Positions 28,399 to 36,169 of a stretch of DNA of 41,308 nt are shown here, piece by piece (the first letter of the stretch is position 1; every line of letters starts with the position of its first letter). The position numbers and the translations under genes are program-made. The notes under the pieces were generated by a model. The model searched no databases. It saw only the letters and a program-made list of their open reading frames with translations, and was not told the origin of the DNA. Source of the stretch: Candidatus Kapaibacterium sp. (GTDB taxonomy: Bacteria > Bacteroidota > Ignavibacteria > Kapaibacteriales > Kapaibacteriaceae); assembly GCA_032117915.1 (NCBI GenBank), contig JAULYI010000181.1, positions 1-41,308 of the forward strand, written 5' to 3'.

Positions 28399-28406
28399 TA
28401 GTTTTG
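28399..28406 (+). promoter_or_regulatory. Putative -7 promoter element TAGTTTTG upstream of ferredoxin
   Basis: Exact TAnnTTTG match preceded by CG, ending 26 nt before ATG 28433. Confidence 0.55.
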
Positions 28407-28432
28407 CAACGCCCTTCACACCTGAGAACATC

Positions 28433-28780
28433 ATGGCCATCTACATCACAAGCGATTGTATCAACTGCGGAGCCTGCGAGCCCGAGTGTCCGAACACTGC
28501 CATCTACGAAGCAGGTGCCGAATGGTCGCTGGCCGGAAAGACCTTTCACGACAGCACGTCACCGGGCGGACACAAGGGTGAGTTCTGGACGGCAGACTTC
28601 TACTACATCGTTCCCGACAAATGCACGGAGTGCAAAGGATTCCACGACGAGCCTCAGTGCGCTGCCGTCTGTCCTGTAGACTGCTGTCTGCCCGACCCCA
28701 ACAACGTCGAGACCGAAGAGCAGCTCATGAAGAAAAAGGACTACCTCGACTCGATCGATCAGATCCGTCTGCGCAACTAA
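28433..28780 (+). CDS. 2[4Fe-4S] dicluster ferredoxin (YfhL-like, Bacteroidota type)
   Basis: [12 protein letters not shown] and [18 protein letters not shown] cluster motifs. Confidence 0.93.
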   Translation: MAIYITSDCINCGACEPECPNTAIYEAGAEWSLAGKTFHDSTSPGGHKGEFWTADFYYIVPDKCTECKGFHDEPQCAAVCPVDCCLPDPNNVETEEQLMKKKDYLDSIDQIRLRN

Positions 28781-28784
28781 CGGC

Positions 28785-30326
28785 ATGCACGCCGAGATCC
28801 ACATCGAGCGCGGCCGGATCCGCGCCGTGCTGCCCGCCGAAGGCGGCACCGTAATCCATACCGAGAACACAACGCACACGTTTCCGGGTGGACACGTTCT
28901 TCCCGGTTTCGTCGATTCCCATGCCCACCTCTTCGGCCTCGGTCTGCGTCTTCGGTCCGTCTCCCTGCACACAGCAACAAGCGCACACGACTGTGCAGAC
29001 CGCTGTGCAACGGGTCAGCCACAAGGGGGCTGGGTTCGCGCCATGGGCTGGAACCAGGAATTGTGGGACGAAGCGGTCTTCCCTACCCGACAGATCCTTG
29101 ACGAAGCCGTAGGCGATACCCCGGTGATCGCTCGGCGCGTCGACGGACACGCCTTGTGGGTGAACACGGCTGCACTGCGCCTTGCCGGGATTACGACGGC
29201 AACGGCAGACCCTGATGGCGGACGTATCCTGCGGGACGCCTCCGGCGAGCCGACGGGTATCCTGATCGACCATGCGATGGACCTTGTCGAGCGACTGGTG
29301 CCGGCACTGAGCGACGACGACATGCAGGAAGCCTTCCGGGCCGCGGCAGACCATTGCGCGTCCAAGGGTATCACCGAAGTACATGACATGGACGTTGCCC
29401 CGCAGTGGCTTGCTCCACTGCGTGCGCTGGCCGAACGTGGCGCCCTTGCAACACGCGTGCAGGCCTACGTTGGCGGACAGCACGACCAGTGGATCGAGGA
29501 AGGGCTGCTGCCTGCCGGAGGCGAGTTCTTGCGTCTGCACGGCGTGAAGCTCTATGCCGACGGTGCACTCGGTTCACGCGGTGCCTCTTTGCTGTCACCC
29601 TACTCCGACGACCCATCGACCTCCGGTCTGCAGCTCCTCACAGCACAGCGCATCGTGAACGCCGGCCGAGCCGTCATCGACGCCGGATGGTGGGCCCTTG
29701 CCGTCCACGCGATCGGTGATGCCGCCGTGCGCGAAGTCCTCGATGCCTTTGCCATGATCCGTGACCTTCCCGGGGGCGACCAGCTCACGCTCCGCCTTGA
29801 GCATGCGCAGCATGTCCACCCCGATGACGTCCAGCGCTTTGCCGCCCTGCGCGTTCATGCCATGGTCCAGCCCACGCACTGCACCAGCGATGCCCGCATG
29901 GCCGAGCAGCGCCTTGGTGCTGAGCGTCTAGCGTGGGCCTATCGCTGGCGCTCGCTGCTCGACGCCGGCTGTACCCTGGCGGGCAGCAGCGACTTCCCCA
30001 TCGAGCCGGCCGATCCGATCGCCGGTATCGATGCCTTCTGCAGACGTGTGCCCAACGGCATGACCTCACCGTGGCAACCGCAGGAGCGAATCAGCCGCGA
30101 CGAGGCGATCGATGCCTTTACCGCGTGGGGACATCGTGTGGCCGACGTTGACGGACGCCGAGGCCGCATCGCCGAGGGATACGATGCCGACCTTGTCGTG
30201 GTTGACCGTGACCTGCATACGTGCGAGGATGACGACATCCTTGGCACGTCGATCCTTGCTACGTTTACAGCCGGAACGCTTCGCTACCAACGCGACGACC
30301 TACATGAGACCGGACCGTCAGCATGA
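28785..30326 (+). CDS. Amidohydrolase family 3 protein (YtcJ/NfdA-like)
   Basis: LPGFVDSHAH, RVDGHALWVN, GEPTGILID, KLYADGALGSRGA, HAIGD, RLEHAQ, SSDFPIE, G.DADLVV. Confidence 0.9.
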   Translation: MHAEIHIERGRIRAVLPAEGGTVIHTENTTHTFPGGHVLPGFVDSHAHLFGLGLRLRSVSLHTATSAHDCADRCATGQPQGGWVRAMGWNQELWDEAVFPTRQILDEAVGDTPVIARRVDGHALWVNTAALRLAGITTATADPDGGRILRDASGEPTGILIDHAMDLVERLVPALSDDDMQEAFRAAADHCASKGITEVHDMDVAPQWLAPLRALAERGALATRVQAYVGGQHDQWIEEGLLPAGGEFLRLHGVKLYADGALGSRGASLLSPYSDDPSTSGLQLLTAQRIVNAGRAVIDAGWWALAVHAIGDAAVREVLDAFAMIRDLPGGDQLTLRLEHAQHVHPDDVQRFAALRVHAMVQPTHCTSDARMAEQRLGAERLAWAYRWRSLLDAGCTLAGSSDFPIEPADPIAGIDAFCRRVPNGMTSPWQPQERISRDEAIDAFTAWGHRVADVDGRRGRIAEGYDADLVVVDRDLHTCEDDDILGTSILATFTAGTLRYQRDDLHETGPSA

Positions 30327-31479
30327 CTTCATCCGCCGTGTCACGGCGGACTCCTATCAGCAGTTCAAGCGCGAGCTCGACGCCTACCTTGGCATTGCGG
30401 TCGAATTCCGCGTCTGCGAAATGCCCATCTTCGTGAGTGACGCCTTCAGGCGCACGCTCGAAGACGCAGCCATCAACATCGTGCAGCAGTGCGTCACGCC
30501 GGAGGTGATGCAGCGCACGTCGGCCACGCTCACGCCCGACATTACCGTTCCTAACGAAGCGCCTCGCCCCCTCTTCGCCGTTGTGGACTTTGCCGTGACT
30601 GTTGATGAGCAAGGTGTCTTTGTGCCGAAGCTGATCGAACTCCAGGGCTTTCCGTCGCTCTACGGCTATCAGCCCGTGTTTGCATCGCGGATGCGCTCGT
30701 TCTACCACTTGGACGACACCACGCCCTACTTTCATGGTCTTGACGACGAGGGCTACGTATCGATCATGCGGCGGGCACTGATCGGCGATCACGACCCTGC
30801 CGAATGCGCGCTGCTCGAGGTCGATCCGGACCATCAGAAGACGCGGCCGGACTTCATTGCCACGGAAAAGCTGTTTGGTCTGCGCACCGTCGATATCCGC
30901 GACGTACGCGTGAGCAACGGTCACCTGATCGACGGTCGGGGCACGCGCCTGCGGCGCGTCTTCAACCGCACGATCGTCGACGAATTGAACGACCGCGGCA
31001 TCACGCTGCACTTCCGGTGGAACGACGATATTGACGTTGAATGGGCCGGCCACCCGAACTGGTACTTCCGTATCAGCAAATTCACCATGCCCTACCTGTC
31101 GCATCCTACCGTGCCGACCACGCAGTTTCTTGATACGATCGACGTACTCCCCGACGACCTCTCCGGCTACGTACTCAAGCCCCTCTACGCCTTTGCCGGC
31201 AAGGGCGTGAACGTCCACCCCACAGCGGCCGACATCGATGCCATTCCCGAGCAGGACCGGCACGCCTGGATCCTGCAGCAGAAGGTCCGCTACGCAGACT
31301 GCGTCGAAACACCGCACGGCATGAACCGCGTCGAACTCCGCGTGATGACCGTCTGGCCCGACGATGCCAGCGCCCCCATCCCCGTGATCTCTCTGGCCCG
31401 CACCGGCCGCGGCGACCTCATGGGCGCACGCTACAACACCGCCCCGTGGACCGGCTCGAGCGGCTGTTTGTTTGTGTGA
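30304..31479 (+). CDS. Hypothetical protein with circularly permuted ATP-grasp / glutathionylspermidine-synthetase-like ligase features
   Basis: VDFAV, PKLIELQGFPS, WYFRISKFTMPYL, YVLKPLYAFAGKGV, WILQQKV resemble GSP-synthetase/CP-ATP-grasp motifs in the expected order. Start ATG 30304 overlaps the amidohydrolase by 23 nt. Confidence 0.65.
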   Translation: MRPDRQHDFIRRVTADSYQQFKRELDAYLGIAVEFRVCEMPIFVSDAFRRTLEDAAINIVQQCVTPEVMQRTSATLTPDITVPNEAPRPLFAVVDFAVTVDEQGVFVPKLIELQGFPSLYGYQPVFASRMRSFYHLDDTTPYFHGLDDEGYVSIMRRALIGDHDPAECALLEVDPDHQKTRPDFIATEKLFGLRTVDIRDVRVSNGHLIDGRGTRLRRVFNRTIVDELNDRGITLHFRWNDDIDVEWAGHPNWYFRISKFTMPYLSHPTVPTTQFLDTIDVLPDDLSGYVLKPLYAFAGKGVNVHPTAADIDAIPEQDRHAWILQQKVRYADCVETPHGMNRVELRVMTVWPDDASAPIPVISLARTGRGDLMGARYNTAPWTGSSGCLFV

Positions 31480-31500
31480 ACGAGACATCTCGTACCTACC

Positions 31501-31740
31501 ATAGCCCCACGCTAAAGCGTGGGGTTATCAAGACCGCCACTTCGTGCTCATCATGACTGAGTGATCGTCATGGGATACAGGGATAAATCCACGCATCAGC
31601 GTGGTCAGCAAGGGTTCAAGATGACGGACGAATCATAGCCGAATAATCGCGGCATTAGCCCACAGCGCAAATCGCGGCATTAGCCCACAGCGCAAGCTGT
31701 GGGTTTGGAATGGTCGCCGTCCCCCCGCCAAAGCTGGCGG
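31501..31740. repeat. Cluster of REP-like GC-rich palindromes between convergent genes
   Basis: ATAGCCCCACGC-TAAA-GCGTGGGGTTAT (31501-31528), CCACGC-ATCA-GCGTGG (31589-31604), CCCACAGC-GCAA-GCTGTGGG (31684-31703), CCGCCA-AAGC-TGGCGG (31725-31740). Confidence 0.7.
31646..31695. repeat. Perfect 25-bp tandem duplication
   Basis: ATCGCGGCATTAGCCCACAGCGCAA at 31646-31670 and 31671-31695. Confidence 0.95.
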
Positions 31741-31760
31741 CAGTTTGCCCTTTCACCCCT

Positions 31761-33650
31761 TTACATGCCGAGCAGCAGTTCGATCTTGTTCGAGGTCTCT
31801 TCCAGGAACTGTTCTTCTGGCATCATGCCGACCTCTTTGAACTGGATACGGCCGTCCTTGCCAAGGATGAACTTGGAGGGAATGCCGGTGACGCCGTACT
31901 TGGAGACAACGCTGTCCGTGGGGTCCATGTAGATCGGGAAGGTGATGTACTTGTTCTTGCCAAGGAAGTCGCGTACCGTGGTTGCACGGTCCTTGCTGCG
32001 CTCCCAGACGTTGACGGCAGCAATGACGACGTTAGGGTTGTCCTTATAGCGCTCATAGAGCTTTTGCAGTGCGGGAAAGGACTTGATGCACGGACCGCAC
32101 CATGTGGCCCAGTAGTCGACGAAGACGACCTTGCCCTTCCAGTCCGAGATCTTGAGCGGCGCTCCGTCTAACGTCGTGAACTGTCCGTCGATGGCATTGG
32201 CCTGCATGAGGTCCTTGGCCAGACGCTTGCTCAGGACCTTGCGTCCGTCGGCCTGCAGGGTACTGAGTGATGCATCGATGGCTGCAGCGTCGGCACCGTT
32301 CTCCTGCTGGAGCTGGCGATACATAGACACGACGGTTGGTGTAGCAGCGCCGCTACGGATGGCACGCTCGGCCGCTGCTACGGCTTCGCCGCGCTTGCCG
32401 CCAGAGGCCAACAGATCCACCAGCATGGTGCCGGCCTCGGCAGGGGCATCGGTGCCACCGGCGTCGATCGATGCACGCAGACTGGTGATGGCATCGGCAG
32501 AAGCGCCCGTGGACTTCTGGATGGCACCGCGTACGTAGTACAGCTGCGAGCGCATGATGCGCTGACCTTCGCGCCATTCGGAGGTGCCGGCAAAGGACGG
32601 ACGCAGCTTGTCGTCGTCAACGGACTTCAGTCCGTCGTCGGCATGCTTCAAGCCCAGCGCCCTGAGCGAGTCGATTGCGCCAAAGTAGTTGGCGGCCATG
32701 TGATGGGCCGATGCCGAGAGCGGCTTGACGCGCTGCAGGAAGGGTACGAGCTTGCCGACCTCACGCTGCTGCGCAGCGGTGTTGAAGGCCGCATCAATGA
32801 TGTTCTGCCGGGCGAACGTCTGCGGAAACTTGTCGAGATGGTCGGCCAGCTTCCCAAAGAACTCCTCGATGGTCTGTGCCTCGCCAAGACCCGACAGACC
32901 GAGCTGCTCTTCGGCCTTACTGCCGGGAAAACGCGTGGCCGCGTCAACCAGGATCTGTCGTGCACGCATGGGGTCACCCACGGCCGTATAGGCCTCTGAC
33001 AGACCAATGGCGTCCATCGGTGTGGCAGCCTGCGGCATGAGTGACGTCAGACGGTTCATCTCGGTACGCATCTCGGCATCTTCGATCTGCTCCGTGCGTC
33101 GACGCAGCATGGCAAGGTTGACAGCAGCCGAGATGTTCTTGGGAAAGAGCCGCGTCTCCTGCTCGAGATACTCCAGTGCTTCATCCAAGTCCTCGGCCTT
33201 ACGGCACGTCTGCGGCAACATGCCATAGCAGGCCATGGCTGCGCGGAAGTTGGCCATGGGCAGCGCACGCCCGTCGCTCCCACTTACGATGAAGGCCCAG
33301 TAGCGATCTTTGTTCGTGTCGTACGCACTGCCGTTGCCAACCTTGACGTGGGCATAGATCGTGGCGTCCGTGACCTTCCACGCACCCGTCCAACGACCGC
33401 TCCCGTCCTCCTTCAGCGCGATCTCCGTTGCCTGCGGTGCCTCTGCCTCTGCGCCAAAGGCGTAGATCACGGCGTGCAGCGCACCCGTGGGTGACGAGGC
33501 ATCGCTTCGATACTCGATGGTAACACTCTGCCCCTTCGTCGGCTGCATGGGAAGGATGTTAACCGTACCGGCCATGACATAGGCCGTGGCGGTAAGGGCT
33601 ACGACAAGAAGCGAGAGTATGCGCATTGGGCTGTTGGATGTTGTGATCAT
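31761..33650 (-). CDS. Exported TPR-containing protein with C-terminal TlpA-like thioredoxin domain
   Basis: Signal MRILSLLVVALTATAYVMA (alternative start 33626; 33650 gives an ATGA overlap). Helical repeats. KGKVVFVDYWATWCGPCIKSFP and YGVTGIPSKFILGKDG. Confidence 0.87.
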   Translation of the reverse strand: MITTSNSPMRILSLLVVALTATAYVMAGTVNILPMQPTKGQSVTIEYRSDASSPTGALHAVIYAFGAEAEAPQATEIALKEDGSGRWTGAWKVTDATIYAHVKVGNGSAYDTNKDRYWAFIVSGSDGRALPMANFRAAMACYGMLPQTCRKAEDLDEALEYLEQETRLFPKNISAAVNLAMLRRRTEQIEDAEMRTEMNRLTSLMPQAATPMDAIGLSEAYTAVGDPMRARQILVDAATRFPGSKAEEQLGLSGLGEAQTIEEFFGKLADHLDKFPQTFARQNIIDAAFNTAAQQREVGKLVPFLQRVKPLSASAHHMAANYFGAIDSLRALGLKHADDGLKSVDDDKLRPSFAGTSEWREGQRIMRSQLYYVRGAIQKSTGASADAITSLRASIDAGGTDAPAEAGTMLVDLLASGGKRGEAVAAAERAIRSGAATPTVVSMYRQLQQENGADAAAIDASLSTLQADGRKVLSKRLAKDLMQANAIDGQFTTLDGAPLKISDWKGKVVFVDYWATWCGPCIKSFPALQKLYERYKDNPNVVIAAVNVWERSKDRATTVRDFLGKNKYITFPIYMDPTDSVVSKYGVTGIPSKFILGKDGRIQFKEVGMMPEEQFLEETSNKIELLLGM

Positions 33651-34516
33651 TGCAAAGATTCCAGAGTTCGGTGCAGCATGGTGGCCTCCCACACGTCACC
33701 CACGTGGGCGTGGGCAAAGGCAAGGTTACGCATCATGCGGATGACGCAGTCGATCGACGTGACCGGTGCGAGCATGTCGTCACGGAAGGCCATGCCGTTC
33801 CGCTCGACAATGGCACGACAGTCTTTCCGGTCGAGCAAATTACCACCGTGATAGCCATCGACGAAGCATTCAAGCACGGGACTGTATAACACGAAGTGAA
33901 ACGGCAGCGCTACCGGCAGCAGTTCCAGTCCGGACCTGTCGGCAAGCAGCAGCATCAGGGCACAAAGCGAGATCGGTATCCCCTTCCGCTGCGTCATGAC
34001 GGTGCTCAGGTAGGAATTCGACGGATCGTAGTACGGTTCTCCGGCCCCCGTGAAGCCTCGCTCCTCGAACAACACGCAGTTGATGGCAAGCAGCTGCGTA
34101 AGGTCAGTGGCCGGCTGCATGGTGATGAACCGCTCATGCACATCCAGTGCCATGCCGTCAAGCTGCCTGCGAATGACGGTCATGTTGCGCCCCGGATCAC
34201 CGAAGGCGTCGAGCATGACCATGGCCTCTTCAAGGTCGATGTCCGTCCCATTCGTGCGATGATGCACGATGGAGCGCACAAGGTGCATGAGGGCTTCCCG
34301 CTGATGCATGTGGATGACCTGCGTGGCACGGCCACGACTAATGGTGTCGTCGGCACGATCGATCACCCCACGTAGGATGCCGGTGATACCCGGACCGTGA
34401 TCGGCAAGCTGTCTGATGACCTGCACGCCGACCGCCTCGTCCGGATCGTCAAGCAGTCGCAGGAGGACGTCAACGCCAGGGCGCTGATCCCCGGTACGGG
34501 CTGCGTCAGAGGTCAT
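33647..34516 (-). CDS. SirB1/transglutaminase-like (Transglut_core2) protein
   Basis: LLRLLDDPDE, GFTG...YYDPSNSYLSTV..RKGIPISL, LPFHF, RMMRNL. Confidence 0.82.
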   Translation of the reverse strand: MTSDAARTGDQRPGVDVLLRLLDDPDEAVGVQVIRQLADHGPGITGILRGVIDRADDTISRGRATQVIHMHQREALMHLVRSIVHHRTNGTDIDLEEAMVMLDAFGDPGRNMTVIRRQLDGMALDVHERFITMQPATDLTQLLAINCVLFEERGFTGAGEPYYDPSNSYLSTVMTQRKGIPISLCALMLLLADRSGLELLPVALPFHFVLYSPVLECFVDGYHGGNLLDRKDCRAIVERNGMAFRDDMLAPVTSIDCVIRMMRNLAFAHAHVGDVWEATMLHRTLESLQ

Positions 34517-35420
34517 GGATGATGCTCAGACGTTTCTTCAGGATGCGGAATGCTTCGGCCGGCGAGTTCACGAACTGGAAGAGGTTGACGTCATGCTTCG
34601 AGATCATACCGGTCTTTGCCAGATGCTCCAGGTTGATGACCTTCCGCCAGAACTGCTCGCCATAGATCAGAATGGGCATCTCCTTGCGGATCTTCTCCGT
34701 CTGCACCAGCGTCAGGATCTCCATCAGCTCGTCCAACGTCCCAAAGCCGCCCGGAAAGATGACCAATGCCTTGGCCATGTAGGCAAACCAGAACTTCCGC
34801 ATGAAGAAGTAGTGGAACTCGAAGTTCAATGCGTCAGTGATGTACGGATTCGGATACTGCTCAAACGGCAGCGAGATGTTCAGACCGATCGATAGACCAC
34901 CGGCCTCCATCGCCCCTTTGTTCGAGGCTTCCATGATGCCCGGTCCCCCGCCGCTGCATACAACAAACCGCTGGGAAGGGGGCAGTGATTTGGACCATTC
35001 GGTGATACGGCGTGAAAGGTCTTCGGCGGCATGATAGTACTGCGCCATTGTGCGCTGACGCCGTGCGTCGGCGATACGGGCGGCAAGCTCTTTGCGGGCT
35101 TCGGCGACGGCGGTGGAGCGACGTTCTATCAGATCGTCAATGTGTTTATCGTACTGATCGCGACTTTTGATGCGCGCCGATCCGAAGAAGATGATCGTGT
35201 TGTGAATGCTGTGACGCTTGAACTGATGCTCCGGGTGAAGATACTCGGCCATGACGCGCAGGATGCGGGCATCCTTGCCGTACATGAATTCCCGGTTGCC
35301 ATAGGCCTTGGGGGCACGCTTTCCGTGCGGAACAACCTCGCCGGCGATGTCCGTCGGCTTGGCCGCAGCGGGTGACGGACTCTTCCTCCGTGCCGAGGCG
35401 GACGATCGTTTGGCAGCCAT
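34506..35420 (-). CDS. LOG family (TIGR00730-like) nucleotide phosphoribohydrolase
   Basis: FFGSARI, SGGGPGIMEA, GLNISLPFEQ.PNPY, FHYFFMRKFWF, PGGFGTLDE. Confidence 0.9.
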   Translation of the reverse strand: MAAKRSSASARRKSPSPAAAKPTDIAGEVVPHGKRAPKAYGNREFMYGKDARILRVMAEYLHPEHQFKRHSIHNTIIFFGSARIKSRDQYDKHIDDLIERRSTAVAEARKELAARIADARRQRTMAQYYHAAEDLSRRITEWSKSLPPSQRFVVCSGGGPGIMEASNKGAMEAGGLSIGLNISLPFEQYPNPYITDALNFEFHYFFMRKFWFAYMAKALVIFPGGFGTLDELMEILTLVQTEKIRKEMPILIYGEQFWRKVINLEHLAKTGMISKHDVNLFQFVNSPAEAFRILKKRLSIIHDL

Positions 35421-35434
35421 TAGTGACCTTTCGG

Positions 35435-36169
35435 TTATCGATGAAGGTGATAGCCCCCGTCAACGGCGATGAACTGTCCCGTGATGTAGGGCGAACAGGT
35501 GGCAAAGAACCACACGGCATCCATGACGTCGTCCGACGTACCATAACGTCCCATCGGGATCCGCTCCGTGGCCGTCATGGCACGTTCATGACCGTTGGGT
35601 TCTTCGCTGATCAGGATGGCACCCGGAGCGACGGTGTTGACGCTGAGCTGCGGGGCAGCCGATCGGGCAAGCGACTTCACTGCTGTGACGAGTGCACTCT
35701 TTGACACGTTATAGGCAAGTCGGTCACGCCAGATCTCGACGGCACCAAGGGACGACATGCTGATCAGACGTCCCGTTTCACCGGATACCGTCAGCTTTTC
35801 GCGATATGCCTTCGCAAGGGTGACCAGTGGCAAGGTATTGACGTCGATGGCATGTCGAATGGCGTCAACGTCGAGATCGTCGACCGACGTCGGTCCGGGA
35901 AAGATGCCGGCATTGACGATGAGGACGTCTGGCACTCCATGCGCATCGACCAGTGCGCTGAAGGCGGAAGCCAGTGCCGCTGCGTCAGACACGTCGCACT
36001 GCTGCTTGGCTGCTCGCACGTCGTGACTGTGGCAGACGCCAAGGGTGTCTGCGGCCTCACGCTCGGATGTCCGATACGTGATGCCAACGTCGTAGCCTCG
36101 CTGCGCGAAGGTCCGTGCCATGGCGGCGCCGATGCGGCGCGCTCCGCCGATGATGATGACCGATGGCAT
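35435..36169 (-). CDS. SDR oxidoreductase, pteridine reductase/FolM-like
   Basis: GGARRIG (Arg-containing motif typical of PTR1/FolM), YRTS, VNAGIF, YNVSK, VNTVAPG, ITGQFIAVDGG. Confidence 0.8.
   Translation of the reverse strand: MPSVIIIGGARRIGAAMARTFAQRGYDVGITYRTSEREAADTLGVCHSHDVRAAKQQCDVSDAAALASAFSALVDAHGVPDVLIVNAGIFPGPTSVDDLDVDAIRHAIDVNTLPLVTLAKAYREKLTVSGETGRLISMSSLGAVEIWRDRLAYNVSKSALVTAVKSLARSAAPQLSVNTVAPGAILISEEPNGHERAMTATERIPMGRYGTSDDVMDAVWFFATCSPYITGQFIAVDGGYHLHR

Noticed and set aside
30265-31488. 407-aa minus-strand ORF antisense to the ATP-grasp-like gene
   Set aside because: Shadow ORF expected from GC-biased codon usage. No motifs, and it is fully overlapped by a plausible gene on the other strand.
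31570-31638. 22-aa ORF MGYRDKSTHQRGQQGFKMTDES downstream of the ATP-grasp-like gene as a possible RiPP precursor
   Set aside because: No RBS, it lies within the palindrome cluster, it lacks graspetide leader/core motifs, and the ligase is not of the RimK/MvdD type.
31646-31703. Possible mini-CRISPR array
   Set aside because: Only two directly adjacent copies, no spacer and no cas genes.
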